This document shows positions 22,011-32,264 of a stretch of DNA of 64,000 bases, piece by piece (position 1 is the stretch's first letter; each line of letters begins with the position of its first letter). The stretch covers positions 416,001 to 480,000 of the forward strand of contig CAWDML010000005.1 in the NCBI GenBank assembly GCA_963803435.1, read 5' to 3'. The translations under genes and the position numbers were made by a program. Source of the stretch: an uncultured delta proteobacterium. Its GTDB lineage: Bacteria; Myxococcota; Kuafuiibacteriia; Kuafuiibacteriales; Kuafuiibacteriaceae. The notes beneath the pieces are model-generated. The model worked only from the letters and a program-made list of their open reading frames with translations. It was not told the origin of the DNA and made no database searches.

Positions 22011-22991
22011 TCAGAAAGGACAGACGATGTCGATCGTGTTCCCGCGTGCCAGGTAGAGGTGATGGTTCGAGGGCTCGATCGCGAGCGCGCCGTCGAGCTC
22101 GCGCGAGCCGCCGAACGGAAAGCTACCCAGCGAGCCGCCGGCGCGATCGAGCTTCTGCAGGCGCGAGCTCCACGGATCGGTGGCGTAGAGGTTGCCGGCG
22201 GTGTCGAGCGCGACCTTGGTCGGCCCCCAGAACACGCCATCCTCGGCACCGCCGTCGAACATCCCGAGCTCGGTGCCGCGCCCGCCGAACTCGAGCGCCT
22301 GCGCCCGCGTGGACAGGTCGAACTGGTGGATGGTGTTGCGAAAGAGATCCGCGATCCAGAGGTAGCCTCGCGGATCCCAGGCGAGCCCGAGCGGAAGCAG
22401 CACCTGTCCCGGGTTCGGTCCCTCCTCGCCGAAGTCATCGACATAGGTGCCGTCGGTCCGATACCGGAACAGCACCCGGCCGCCCACGTAGAGGATGTTC
22501 TCATCGTCGAGCGCGACGCTGAGCGCCATGTCGTTGGCCATGTCCGGCTCGGTGGTCTCGAAGCGATCCTCCAGCACGCCCTCGGGAGAGTAACGAAAGA
22601 TCGTCGGCGTGCCGTTCTGATCGTCCCAGTCGACCACGTACGTGGTGCCGTCGCTCGCGACCGCGAGATCGCGCACCACCCCGAGATCGCCGCGGCCGAA
22701 GCTCCGGATCAGCCGATGCTCCGGCGCTGGCGACAGCACGGTCACGTGGCTCTGCGACACCGGAGTCTCGCGGTTCAGCACGTACAGGTTGCGCTCGCCG
22801 TCGAACGCGATCCCGGTGACGCCGTAGAGGCGGGCGTCGCCGGTCGGCGCCGGCACGGACACGCGGCTCCGATAGTCGGTCATGCAGCCGTCTCCGCCAC
22901 CCGGGATCCCGCCGTCGTCTCCCACGACGCGGATCGACTCGGGACACCCGCAGACCAGGAGCAGCAGCGCGAGCGGACCTCCCCGGAGCAT
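22011..22991 (-). CDS. NHL-repeat lipoprotein
   Basis: Lipobox; PLGLAWD..G.LWIAD, PTKVALD..GNLYATD. Confidence 0.8.
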   Translation of the reverse strand: MLRGGPLALLLLVCGCPESIRVVGDDGGIPGGGDGCMTDYRSRVSVPAPTGDARLYGVTGIAFDGERNLYVLNRETPVSQSHVTVLSPAPEHRLIRSFGRGDLGVVRDLAVASDGTTYVVDWDDQNGTPTIFRYSPEGVLEDRFETTEPDMANDMALSVALDDENILYVGGRVLFRYRTDGTYVDDFGEEGPNPGQVLLPLGLAWDPRGYLWIADLFRNTIHQFDLSTRAQALEFGGRGTELGMFDGGAEDGVFWGPTKVALDTAGNLYATDPWSSRLQKLDRAGGSLGSFPFGGSRELDGALAIEPSNHHLYLARGNTIDIVCPF

Positions 22992-22993
22992 CG

Positions 22994-24748
22994 CTAGACG
23001 ATCGTGATGGGCGCCCAGCTCCACAGGGTCGGTCGGGGCGCCTGCAACATGAGCTGCAGCTCTTCGATCAGGACGTGGAGCCGCGGATCCGGGAGCATCC
23101 CGATCAGCTGCGCCAGCGGCACCGCGTCCTTCTTCTCGAACGGCCTCGGGCGCAGCAGGTTGCCGCGGGCCTTGATCAGCACCGGATCCCGCTCGAACCG
23201 ACCGCCGGCCGCGTCCTTGGCGCGATCGACGGCCTCCTCCATGCCGCCCAGCCCGTCGACGAGACGGTGCGTGCGCGCGGCCTTGCCGGACCAGACGCGC
23301 CCCTCGGCCACCGCGTGTACCTCCTCCTTCGTCAGGCTGCGGGCCTCGGCGACCAGGCCGATGAACGCGTCGTACATCGCGGCCACGCTCTCCTGCGCAT
23401 GCGCGCGGTCGTCGTCGTCGAGCCCGGTCCACGGATCGTAGAGGTCCGCGTGACGCCGGTTCTTGATCACGTCGTGACCGACCGCCAGCATCTCCGTGAG
23501 CTTGGGCCAGGTCGGGAGCATCGCGAACACGCCGATGCTCCCGGTGATGGTGAGTGGATTGCAAACAATGCTGCGCCCGCCGCAGGCCACGTAGTAACCG
23601 CCGCTAGCGGCGACGTCGCCGAAGCACACGATGACCGGCTTCTCCTTGTCGAGCCGGTGGACGGCCGAGTAGATCGCGTCGCTCGCAGTGACGCTCCCGC
23701 CGCGCGAGTCGACGTGCAACACGAGCGAATGGATCGAGGGATCGTTGAGGGCGGCGCGCAGGTCGGCGACGACGCCCCGATCGATGGCGAGGCGGTCGGG
23801 ATACTGGGTCAAGCCGGGCGCGGCATCGACGATCGGCCCGTGCACCTCCACGATGCCCACACGCTTCTTCTTCGAGCGGAACAACGGCGGCAGGTCGCGA
23901 AGCGAGAGGTAGGTCCCGGCGCCGACGAACTGCGGCGCCTCCTCGGCCTCCTCGATCTCCTCGATCACCTCGCCGAGATCCTCGTCGCGGCCGACGGCGT
24001 CGACGAATCCGCTGGCCTTCGCCTGGGAGCCGATCAGCGGCGCCCGATCCAGCATCTTCAGCGCTGCGTCGCGATCGAGGACGCGGCCGTCCATCACGCT
24101 CCGGATGAGGGCGTCGTCGAACTCGTCGATCAGCTCCTGGCACTGCTCCCGGTCGAACGGGCTGCGATCGTTGCGGGTGAACCGCTCCGGGGCCGACTTG
24201 AACCGCCCCACCCCCGCGACCTCGATCTTCACGCCCACCTTCTCGAGCGGCTCCTTGAGGAAGAGCCCGGGCACAGCGTTGCCGACAGCGGCGAACATCC
24301 CGGTCGGCGTCATCACGATCTTGGTGGCGGCCGACGCCACCATCAGCTCCTTGTTGCCCACGTGGTTGATCGGGTGGACCACGACTTCCTTCTTGGCGTC
24401 GCGGATGCGCGCCAGGAGACCGCGGATCTCTTGAGTCGAGGCCCAGCCGCCCGCGAGGACGCCGAGGCGGACCAGGACGCCCTTCGCGTAGGGATCGTCG
24501 ATCACCTCGTCGGTGAACTTGCGCAACCTCGAGAGCACGACCTTGATCGGCTCCTCGCGGCGCAAGATACGTTGCAACAGGGGATGGAGCCGGGGAGGAT
24601 GCCGGACCTCGACCACCTCACCCTCGAGCTGCAGCTCGAGCCAGCCGTGCTTCTGGAGCACCTTTCTGCGGCTACGTGCGCGGATAGGCCGCCACAGCAA
24701 CGCCAGCAGGAACACCAAGGGCGCCACCAACTTTTGGAGGAGTCGCAA
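22994..24748 (-). CDS. sppA: Signal peptide peptidase SppA (S49)
   Basis: FKSAPE, DSRGGS, AASGGYY, TGSIGV, EGRVWSG. Confidence 0.92.
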   Translation of the reverse strand: MRLLQKLVAPLVFLLALLWRPIRARSRRKVLQKHGWLELQLEGEVVEVRHPPRLHPLLQRILRREEPIKVVLSRLRKFTDEVIDDPYAKGVLVRLGVLAGGWASTQEIRGLLARIRDAKKEVVVHPINHVGNKELMVASAATKIVMTPTGMFAAVGNAVPGLFLKEPLEKVGVKIEVAGVGRFKSAPERFTRNDRSPFDREQCQELIDEFDDALIRSVMDGRVLDRDAALKMLDRAPLIGSQAKASGFVDAVGRDEDLGEVIEEIEEAEEAPQFVGAGTYLSLRDLPPLFRSKKKRVGIVEVHGPIVDAAPGLTQYPDRLAIDRGVVADLRAALNDPSIHSLVLHVDSRGGSVTASDAIYSAVHRLDKEKPVIVCFGDVAASGGYYVACGGRSIVCNPLTITGSIGVFAMLPTWPKLTEMLAVGHDVIKNRRHADLYDPWTGLDDDDRAHAQESVAAMYDAFIGLVAEARSLTKEEVHAVAEGRVWSGKAARTHRLVDGLGGMEEAVDRAKDAAGGRFERDPVLIKARGNLLRPRPFEKKDAVPLAQLIGMLPDPRLHVLIEELQLMLQAPRPTLWSWAPITIV

Positions 24749-24752
24749 ACGT

Positions 24753-25415
24753 TCACTCCTTTCTCGGGAAGGCAGAAAACGGAACGTCCAGGCGGGGATA
24801 CTTGTTCCGAATCGCCTCGGGCGTGTGCTCGTTGAAGTGCCACCACTCGTTCAGGATCCCGTGCATGCCGCTCTCCCGCATCGCCCGCCGCAGGATCCTC
24901 CGATTGCGAACCTGCGTCTCGCTCAGTTTACCCTCGCGGAGGAACTTCGCCTCGTGGCGAGGCTCCGCCAGCGGGCCCAGGTAGTCATAGGGCGTCCCCA
25001 TGTCGAGCTCGTGCCCGGCTCGATCGGCCAGTGTGAGGTCCACGGCCGCCCCATACGAGTGGATCGACCCGACCTTGGTGTGTGGGTTCGCGACGTAACG
25101 GGCCTTGGGCGTGCCCGCGACCGCCTCCCACATGACACTCTGGACCGAATGCGGCCGATAACAGTCCTTGAACATGAGGCGGAGGCCGGCGTGATGGTCG
25201 TCGAGCCACCGCTGGGCCGTGGACATCTTCTCCGACACACTCCGCACCAAGAGGCAGCGAGCCTCGGGATAGACCTTCTGCTTGAAGAAGTTGTCGGCGG
25301 TCGCGTACCGGATGTCGAGCAGGAAGCGGTCGTCGAGCGTGGTGACGTCCACTAGATCGGGCAGCGTCCCCGAAGCGGGGTCGGCGGCGAGGAGCAGCAA
25401 CAAGATCACCTGCAT
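24753..25415 (-). CDS. ddpX: D-Ala-D-Ala dipeptidase (M15D, VanX-like)
   Basis: DIRYATADNF, DCYRP, SIHSYGAAVDLT, EWWHF. Confidence 0.9.
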   Translation of the reverse strand: MQVILLLLLAADPASGTLPDLVDVTTLDDRFLLDIRYATADNFFKQKVYPEARCLLVRSVSEKMSTAQRWLDDHHAGLRLMFKDCYRPHSVQSVMWEAVAGTPKARYVANPHTKVGSIHSYGAAVDLTLADRAGHELDMGTPYDYLGPLAEPRHEAKFLREGKLSETQVRNRRILRRAMRESGMHGILNEWWHFNEHTPEAIRNKYPRLDVPFSAFPRKE

Positions 25416-25954
25416 CACTTCGACTTGGGCCGAAACGCCTTCACCTTGGAGTCGTCGGTGGTGAGATACGGTCCGTCGATCAGATCGATGCAATACGGGA
25501 TCGCGGGCATCACGGCGTCGAGACACTCGCGGATCGATTTCGGCTTGCCCGGCAGGTTCACGATGAGGCCGTTCTTGCGGATGGCGGCCGTCTGGCGGGA
25601 GAGGATCGCGGTCGGGACGTACTGCAAGCTGACTTGCCGCATCCGCTCACCGAACCCCGGCATCAGCTTGTCCGCAACGGCTTCGGTCGCCTCCGGCGTC
25701 ACGTCGCGCGGCGCCGGACCGGTCCCTCCGGTGGTGACGACCAGGCAGCAACCTTCCCGATCGATCAGCTCGATGAGCGTGGCCTCGATCTTCGCTCGGT
25801 CGTCCGAGATGAGCCGCGCCACGGGCTCCCAGATGCTCGTCAGCACCTCGCGAAAGTATTGCTCGATCGCCGGGCCGCCCTCGTCCTGATAGATCCCCGC
25901 GCTGGCTCGGTCCGAGACGGTGACGATGCCGATCTTCGCCGTTCTCTCAGCCAC
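25415..25954 (-). CDS. mog: Molybdopterin adenylyltransferase
   Basis: VSDRAS, TTGGTGPAPRDVTPEA, NLPGKPKSI. Confidence 0.95.
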   Translation of the reverse strand: MAERTAKIGIVTVSDRASAGIYQDEGGPAIEQYFREVLTSIWEPVARLISDDRAKIEATLIELIDREGCCLVVTTGGTGPAPRDVTPEATEAVADKLMPGFGERMRQVSLQYVPTAILSRQTAAIRKNGLIVNLPGKPKSIRECLDAVMPAIPYCIDLIDGPYLTTDDSKVKAFRPKSK

Positions 25955-25966
25955 GGAGCGAGCGTG

Positions 25967-26569
25967 TCACAGATTGCCGTCGTGGAGGAGCGCCTCCCGC
26001 GTCTTCAGCGCCGACCGGACCAGCGCGTAGACGAGGAGCACCGGGCCGAGATGAAAAAGGTAGAGGTGCACCGGATCCACCATGGCGCACGAGAAGTGGA
26101 GCGCGATCGCGCCCGTTCCGGCGATGCCGAGCGCCAGGATCCAGCCTGGATCGGGGAAGCGTCGCCACAGTCGTCCACTGAGCGCGCCGAGGAGGATCAT
26201 GGCCACCGCGGACACGAACGTCCCATACGCGAGACACTTCACGCCCATGGTCATCGGCGCATCCCAGTCGGCGAGCACCGCGAAGGCGCCGGCGAGGCCG
26301 AGGCCGGCGGCCACCGTCACCCCGCGGAACATGCGCGCTCGAAAGAGCGGGACGCCGACCCCCGCGGCGATCGCCGCGGTGGAGGAGAGGAAGAGTCCGG
26401 CGAGTGTCACGGCCCAGACGGACGTTCGAGGGAGTGCTTGCGGCTTCTGAGGACCGAGGAGGAGGCCGGCGACGGCGAGGCTCATCAACCCCAGGAACAG
26501 CGCCACCGCGGTTCGACGGCGGCGGCGCAGCCCGTCCAGATCCGCCCGGATATGGGCAATGGCATCCAC
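25967..26569 (-). CDS. NrsF/DUF1109-like membrane protein (putative anti-sigma factor)
   Basis: TM-rich; KCL, LHFSC...HLYLFH pattern. Confidence 0.55.
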   Translation of the reverse strand: MDAIAHIRADLDGLRRRRRTAVALFLGLMSLAVAGLLLGPQKPQALPRTSVWAVTLAGLFLSSTAAIAAGVGVPLFRARMFRGVTVAAGLGLAGAFAVLADWDAPMTMGVKCLAYGTFVSAVAMILLGALSGRLWRRFPDPGWILALGIAGTGAIALHFSCAMVDPVHLYLFHLGPVLLVYALVRSALKTREALLHDGNL

Positions 26570-26773
26570 CCTTGGGACTCTACGCCGAGCGTTTGCGGCT
26601 TGTTACAGGGGTTCGGACAAGGTCCGCAGGCTCTGCGCTAGCCCAAAGAGAGACCAGGTGTGACGTCGCCGTTCACCCGCGGCAGTGCCACCCATCACTT
26701 CCGGAGCGCCGGCCGGCCACGACCCGCGTCGAGGCTATTGATCGCGCGAAGAATGCCCGCTACAGGGCCGCGC

Positions 26774-27439
26774 ATGAAGAAAGCTCTCACGACTCTCCTT
26801 TTCGCCTGTGTCTCGGCCGGCTCTTTCAGCTGCGCGAGCACGACAATCTACAAGCGCCCCGACGCGCCCAAGGCGAATCTGGCGACGGACAAGTTCTTGA
26901 TCATGCCCGTCGACATCCACGGCCTGCCCGGTGACAAGGACGCGCAGGGCGCGGCGCTGTTCGGAGGCTTCCTGGCGGCGTTCAAGGAGAACGGTGTTCC
27001 GCTCCAGCCGATCAAGCCCGCGCTCGAGGCGGCCGGTCTCGGCAACATCTCCTGGGAGCTGGCCGAGGGCATGTATCACCTGGTGTCGTTCCACGAGGTC
27101 TACGACTTCAACCAGGACGGCGGCTTCCACGGCGGCGACTCGAAGCTCCCGCTGATCATCGAAGGCACCGCGAAGCTGGTCGCGCTGGCCGCCGAGCAGC
27201 TCAACCTCGACTTCAAGCCCAAGTACGTCGTCGTCGCTCACATCGACAGCACCTCGTCCTCGATTCCGAAGACGATCGGCTACCGCGTCATCGGCGGGCT
27301 CTACAACGTCGAGGATAGCAAGATCGACCAGGTGATCTGGTACGAGAAGACCACGGCGGACGACGCCGCGGCGATCCTCGCCGAGATGGGCACGCTCGGC
27401 GGCGAGCTCCACGACAAGCTCTTCCCGGCGGAAGAATAG
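26774..27439 (+). CDS. Hypothetical lipoprotein
   Basis: MKKALT...FSC signal; strong codon bias. Confidence 0.75.
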   Translation: MKKALTTLLFACVSAGSFSCASTTIYKRPDAPKANLATDKFLIMPVDIHGLPGDKDAQGAALFGGFLAAFKENGVPLQPIKPALEAAGLGNISWELAEGMYHLVSFHEVYDFNQDGGFHGGDSKLPLIIEGTAKLVALAAEQLNLDFKPKYVVVAHIDSTSSSIPKTIGYRVIGGLYNVEDSKIDQVIWYEKTTADDAAAILAEMGTLGGELHDKLFPAEE

Positions 27440-27440
27440 G

Positions 27441-28415
27441 CTACTCGATCCACACGCCCGACGGCGGCGAGAGGAACGCGTGAAGCGTCCCCGTCGCGGT
27501 CGCGCTGGTGGCCGTTCGGATCCCGGCGAGCTCGGCGGGCACGCTCCACGAGCGGGTCCCGTCGTACCACAGCACCGCCATGTGAAGGTGAGGCTCGAGG
27601 CTCAGCCCCGAGCTTCCCGCGCGGCCCACATACGCACCCGGCAGAAGGGTCGCACCGACCTCCACCTCCGCAGGGATCGTCCCCTGACGGAAGTGGAGCA
27701 GATAGAGATAGAAGCTGCCCCCCAGGTGAAGACCGACGAGGTTCTCCACCGGGTCGGGCGGTGCGCTCCCCGGGACGTTGTCCGGTGAGTCGCGCACCAC
27801 CTCTACCACGTAGCCCCCGTTCGGCACGTACACGGGCTGATCGAAGATCAGGTAGTCCTCATTGACGGCGCCCGCTCCTTTGAAACGAACGCCGAGATCG
27901 TCGGTCTCCACCAGATCCCATGCGAAGTCGCCGTAGCCGTTCTCGGTGAGGTGGTACCGCTCCCCGGCCGTGATCACGTAGGCCCGATGATCGAGCGGCA
28001 CGCGATCGATCGTGATCCCCGCCTGCCGGAGAAAGTCGCGGTAGCTCGATGCCGCGGGCGCCGACGGCGCGAACGGGAGATCGGCGTCCGTCCGGAAGAC
28101 CACGCTGTGATCGTCGGGGTAGGCGGCGAAGTGGGCCGGATCGAAGAACGCAAACACGATCTCGTCGGCCGGGCGCTGCGCCCAGAGGGATCGATCGTAC
28201 CGCGCGATCAGCTCACCGTCCCGATAGGTCCCGCCGATCACCGGATGCGGATCGACCGCCGCGTCCGCGACCCCCGCCGCGTCCGGCCCCGACCCCGCGT
28301 CCGCCTCCGGCTCCGGCGCGGCGCCCGGCCGGCTGCACCCCGCCGCGGCGATCAGCACCAGCAACCCCGCCTGCAGGCGACCGTGGGGTCGTCGGTCGGG
28401 CGAGGATTGTTCCAT
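27441..28415 (-). CDS. M23-family metallopeptidase lipoprotein
   Basis: AAGC lipobox; H....FAWD, YLLHF, GSSGLSLEPHLH. Confidence 0.75.
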   Translation of the reverse strand: MEQSSPDRRPHGRLQAGLLVLIAAAGCSRPGAAPEPEADAGSGPDAAGVADAAVDPHPVIGGTYRDGELIARYDRSLWAQRPADEIVFAFFDPAHFAAYPDDHSVVFRTDADLPFAPSAPAASSYRDFLRQAGITIDRVPLDHRAYVITAGERYHLTENGYGDFAWDLVETDDLGVRFKGAGAVNEDYLIFDQPVYVPNGGYVVEVVRDSPDNVPGSAPPDPVENLVGLHLGGSFYLYLLHFRQGTIPAEVEVGATLLPGAYVGRAGSSGLSLEPHLHMAVLWYDGTRSWSVPAELAGIRTATSATATGTLHAFLSPPSGVWIE

Positions 28416-28455
28416 CTTCTCCCGCGCCGCGAATCGTGCTCTCAATCGCTGCGTT

Positions 28456-28494
28456 GGGCGCATGACTCAGCTGGTTAGAGTGCCATCTTCACAC
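28456..28494 (+). repeat. 5' half of tRNA-Val(CAC); left attachment site
   Basis: GGGCGCA TG ACTC AGCTGGTTA GAGT G CCATC TTCACAC, with no 3' half following; 41/42 identical to 48361-48402. Confidence 0.9.
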
Positions 28495-28674
28495 TCTCTC
28501 TGGATGCGCGCACGAGACGCTCCCTCACGCAAGTCGGATACGGAGCGGGTCTTCTTCGGCTGCTGGTCCTTGCGGTGTTACCGATGGGAGGCCCAGCATG
28601 AGATCGGTCGAAAGCGGCGGCGAGAGTCCTCGCATCCGTCGTCTGCACGGGATCGTCGTCGAGGGCTGAGCGGT

Positions 28675-30315
28675 TCAGCGCGCGCCCTCGTAGGGCGGCA
28701 GCGTCGTCAGGCGCACGTCCTCGAGCGGACCTCCGACGGCGAAATGATACAGGCTCTGCCAGGCGCGCGTCGTGACGCCGAACAGTGCGTGGACTGGGTC
28801 GTCGAAGTAGCAGCCGATGCCGGTGGCGCGGATGCCCGCGTCTTCGGCCTCGAGGTAGAGCACCTGTCCGATCAGGCCCGCCTCCCAGAAGAGGTTCCGG
28901 TAGAACGCAGGACCGTAGCGCTCGAGGCTCTCGTAGAGCGCGGCGATCATCCCCAGGCTGAAGGCGCCGTCGCCGGCGATGCCCTGGCGGCAAGAGACGG
29001 CGGCGGCCTCGGCGCGGGCGTCGCGCGCCTCGAGCAGGAAGAGCGGAAGGCCGGGCGGACAGCCGGCCGGTGGTTGCCAGAGAAAGTCGCCGCGCAGCAC
29101 GGCGCGGAGCGGCTCGACCTGCTCCGGATCTCGAACCAGCGCGTAGAGCCCCGGCTCCAGCCCGTCGACGCGGTGGACGAACAGGCCCAGGTGAACGCGC
29201 GGTCTCCAGGCGATCGCGTCCCAGGGTGGCGCGCGCGGCGCGCGGGTGGGCACGGTCCGCGCGAGCATGCGATAGAACGTCGCGGCGGGGATCGAGGTCT
29301 CGCCGTCCATCGCGACCGCGCTCCTGCGCCCCAGGATCACGCGGTCCACGTCGAGCCCGCCCGGACCCACCGTCGGTTCGCGCAGCGCGTCCTCGGCGGG
29401 GGCCGTCGAGAGGTCCTCGTTCATCGGCGGCGCCTCGGCTCTTTGGGCCGCGCGCGCCACCTCCTCGATCACCGGCCAGTCGTGGCGATGCTCGGGGCTC
29501 AACACGTTGGCCCGGCCGTGGCGCGCCACCACCTTCGGGAGCTCCGCGAGCGAGGGCGGCGGTGCGTCGCCGGTCGCGGGCGAGACGACCGCGAGCAGAT
29601 CGGGGTGCTCTCGTTCTCCTGCGGTGAAGTCGCGCTCGTGATCGAGGGCCAGGAGGCGCGCCACCGTCGCGTCGTCGAGCTCCGGGAGGAGGCGGAGCCG
29701 CCAGCCGAGCAGCGCCGCCGAGATGCGGAGCGCACCCAGCGCGTGGCCGACGTCGTGCTGGCAGTAGCGGAACGCGCGCTCTCCGTACTTCCACGCCTCG
29801 CGCCAGAGGATCGAGGAGAGGCCCACCAGGAAGGTGCCCGGCGGGCCGATCGCGCGATCGAGATCGGCGCGGCGCTCCAGGCCGTGCTCCCTGGGCGCGT
29901 AGTGGTAGAGGGCCGGGCCGTCGTGGAGGCCCTCGAGGGCGGGCAAGAGCGCGTAGCCCTCGGTCGGGTGGAGATTTCCGCTCGACGGGTTCGCGCGCAA
30001 GGACCAGGTCGAGGTGCCGAAGCGCTTCCAGGCGGTCAACGAGAGGCTGTAGCGGAAGAAGTCCGACAGCGATGCGATCGAGAGCGTCGCCGGCTCGACG
30101 GCGTCCATGGAGAAGAGCTGTCGGTACGGTGTCGATCGCGGGAGCCCGAGCGGGAGGGGGATCAAGGGCGCGCCCCAAAAGCGACGGAATGGATCCGGCT
30201 GGCTCTCCCAGTCGAGGTACCCCGGCGAGGCGGCGAAGCGATGGAAGTGGTGCTTGGTGCGCTCGTGGTAGGCGACGACGATCTCCTCCGGACCGAGCTC
30301 GTCCGCGCCCGTCAT
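28675..30315 (-). CDS. SagB/ThcOx-type tandem nitroreductase
   Basis: YHERTKH, LRANPSSGNLHPTE, WREAWKYGERAFRYC, GIGCYFDD. Confidence 0.9.
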   Translation of the reverse strand: MTGADELGPEEIVVAYHERTKHHFHRFAASPGYLDWESQPDPFRRFWGAPLIPLPLGLPRSTPYRQLFSMDAVEPATLSIASLSDFFRYSLSLTAWKRFGTSTWSLRANPSSGNLHPTEGYALLPALEGLHDGPALYHYAPREHGLERRADLDRAIGPPGTFLVGLSSILWREAWKYGERAFRYCQHDVGHALGALRISAALLGWRLRLLPELDDATVARLLALDHERDFTAGEREHPDLLAVVSPATGDAPPPSLAELPKVVARHGRANVLSPEHRHDWPVIEEVARAAQRAEAPPMNEDLSTAPAEDALREPTVGPGGLDVDRVILGRRSAVAMDGETSIPAATFYRMLARTVPTRAPRAPPWDAIAWRPRVHLGLFVHRVDGLEPGLYALVRDPEQVEPLRAVLRGDFLWQPPAGCPPGLPLFLLEARDARAEAAAVSCRQGIAGDGAFSLGMIAALYESLERYGPAFYRNLFWEAGLIGQVLYLEAEDAGIRATGIGCYFDDPVHALFGVTTRAWQSLYHFAVGGPLEDVRLTTLPPYEGAR

Positions 30316-31328
30316 CGCGTGGCCCTGGACGTCAGCGTGTCGGCAACCAGCCGAGCAGCAGCGCCGCGCCCGCGCCCGCGATCGCCAGGCCGAGCGCGCA
30401 GTAGAACACGCGCGCACCGGTGGGCCCGACGAGCGACACCACCAGGCGAGCGCGCCGATCGTTCAAGAAGAACGGCCAGCCCATGGCACCGCCGAGGCAC
30501 GAGAACACACCGATCGCGATCAGCAGCCAGCCCACACGGATGGACATGGACCGGGCGGCGCCGGATCTCAACCTCGGATCGGCGCGCGTGACGGCCCTCG
30601 CCCAGGAAGCGGGGGAGCAGTCGATCGAAGACCTTCTCCCAGGTGCTCCAGCGGTGGCCGCCCGGCACCACCGCGACCCGGTCCTGCGGCAGCACCGCCG
30701 CCAGCAGGCGATCAGGACGCACGAAGCGATCCGACGCGCCGAAGCCGAGATACAGCGGAGGCCGGTCGGCGACGGTCGCGTAGCCGCGGAGCCAGCTCCA
30801 CACCTCGTGGAGCGCGCGCTCGTCCCGATCCTCGATCGCGGACGGATCGCCGGGCGCCCACGCGCGGAGCCCGCCGGCCTGCTCGATCGGTCGCCAGTCA
30901 CCCTCCTGGCCCAGGAAGGGCGAGAGCAGCAACATGCCGCTGATCTCGGGCGTGTGTTCCACTGAATAGATCACGGACCCGAAGCCCCCCAGCGAGATCC
31001 CGATCAGCTTGATCTCGCGGTAGCCGCGCGCGCGCAGCTGCGCGATGACGTCGGTCTCGAGACGCTCCGCCAGGTTGCGCTCCCGGTAGTAGCCGAAGTG
31101 GGCGTCGGTGGTGACCGCATCCCATCCCATCGCGTTGACCCGCGCGACGAAGCCGTGCTCGACGAACTTCTCCGGATCGTCGCCGAGCCCGGGGAGGAAC
31201 ACCACCACGCGCTGGGCCGGCGCGGGCGCGGCGTGGATCGTCATCGGCATGGGCACCAGCGCGGCGCGGGAGTAGAGGCAGCCGCTCGAGAGGAGCGCCA
31301 GCGCGACGACGGAGGTCCGCCTCACCAC
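30312..31328 (-). CDS. Alpha/beta hydrolase lipoprotein; true end probably near 30580
   Basis: SSGC lipobox, FLPGLGD, GISLGG, GGHRW; the tail runs over Imm17 and looks spurious. Confidence 0.75.
   Translation of the reverse strand: MVRRTSVVALALLSSGCLYSRAALVPMPMTIHAAPAPAQRVVVFLPGLGDDPEKFVEHGFVARVNAMGWDAVTTDAHFGYYRERNLAERLETDVIAQLRARGYREIKLIGISLGGFGSVIYSVEHTPEISGMLLLSPFLGQEGDWRPIEQAGGLRAWAPGDPSAIEDRDERALHEVWSWLRGYATVADRPPLYLGFGASDRFVRPDRLLAAVLPQDRVAVVPGGHRWSTWEKVFDRLLPRFLGEGRHARRSEVEIRRRPVHVHPCGLAADRDRCVLVPRRCHGLAVLLERSARSPGGVARRAHRCARVLLRARPGDRGRGRGAAARLVADTLTSRATR
30332..30547 (-). CDS. Imm17-like immunity protein (orphan)
   Basis: IGVFSCLGGAMGWPFF...RAR....G.TGARVFY..LG. Confidence 0.7.
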   Translation of the reverse strand: MSIRVGWLLIAIGVFSCLGGAMGWPFFLNDRRARLVVSLVGPTGARVFYCALGLAIAGAGAALLLGWLPTR

Positions 31329-31540
31329 GTCGCCACCAGCGCCAAGGCCGGGCCGAGCGCAGCTCGCGCGGACAGGACGGTGGGCACGATCCTGATCGAG
31401 GCCCACCGGTCGTCGCTGCCGAACCGCTCCGGCTCCAGGTTGCGCTTCCGCTCGCTCATCGGTCCTGGCGGCAGGGCGTGGGCCGCACGGCTCGCGACGG
31501 TGAGCAAGATCAGGATCAGAGCGGCGGCCAGGTTCCGCAT
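31322..31540 (-). CDS. Small secreted hypothetical protein
   Basis: Signal peptide ending AHA; overlaps the start of the next gene. Confidence 0.45.
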   Translation of the reverse strand: MRNLAAALILILLTVASRAAHALPPGPMSERKRNLEPERFGSDDRWASIRIVPTVLSARAALGPALALVATW

Positions 31541-31614
31541 CTCTGGAGCATGACCGGATGCTCACGGAGTCGCCAGGCCACCGCGCCCCGCGGAGGATCG
31601 GGGCTTCGGTCAGT

Positions 31615-31761
31615 CGCGACGCGTGGCCGTCGATCCGCCGCTACCACACCAAGCTCCACCAGCGCCCCAGCTTCGCCCGCGCCTTCGAGGAGGAGAAGGA
31701 GCTCTACGTCCAGGAGGTGACGAGGGGCGCCGCTCCGTCGTCGGTCCAGCCGGCGAGCTAG
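31615..31761 (+). pseudogene. Glutathione S-transferase C-terminal remnant
   Basis: WPSIRRYHTKLHQRPSFARAFEEE. Confidence 0.55.
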
Positions 31762-31847
31762 GAGCGTGTAGCGCGTAAGCGCTCACGCGACCCCGGTCCG
31801 GGTCCCGGTCCCGGTCCGGGTCCCGATCTGAAGATGGCTGCCTTGAG

Positions 31848-32177
31848 TCAGACGCTCGCGACGGTCGCGAGCTTCGATCGGTAGAGCTTGAGCAGGTTGT
31901 GGGTGAGGCAGACGAGCGTCCACTCGGCTCGTACCTTGAAGAAGGAGCGTAGCGAGAACCGGCGGAATCCTCGTGCCGCTTTGATCTGTCCGAGCGCCGG
32001 TTCGACGATACTCTTCCTGCGGGCGTAGACCGCCTTGCCGTCGCGCGTTTGCAACTTGTCTCGCATTCGCTTGCGAGCGAGCGAGGCAGGTGTGGGCTCC
32101 GAAGCTGATGAGGACGGAGTCGACGCGTCTTGGTTCTGTTCGCGTCCAACAGCGATGTGGGCATCGATCTGATTGTT
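31848..32177 (-). pseudogene. IS1182-family transposase C-terminal fragment
   Basis: YARRKSIVEPALGQIK..RGFRRFSLR...EWTLVCLTHNLLKL. Confidence 0.85.
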
Positions 32178-32264
32178 CGATCCGCCCAACGATCGATTCC
32201 AGACGAAACGACCTCCAAGAACTTCTGCTGGTCAAAGTGGACGAGCTACCGCAAGCTAACTTGC

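Noticed and set aside
28675-30315. SagB-like gene as part of a RiPP cluster
   Set aside because: No YcaO or precursor nearby; this tandem nitroreductase type is commonly stand-alone
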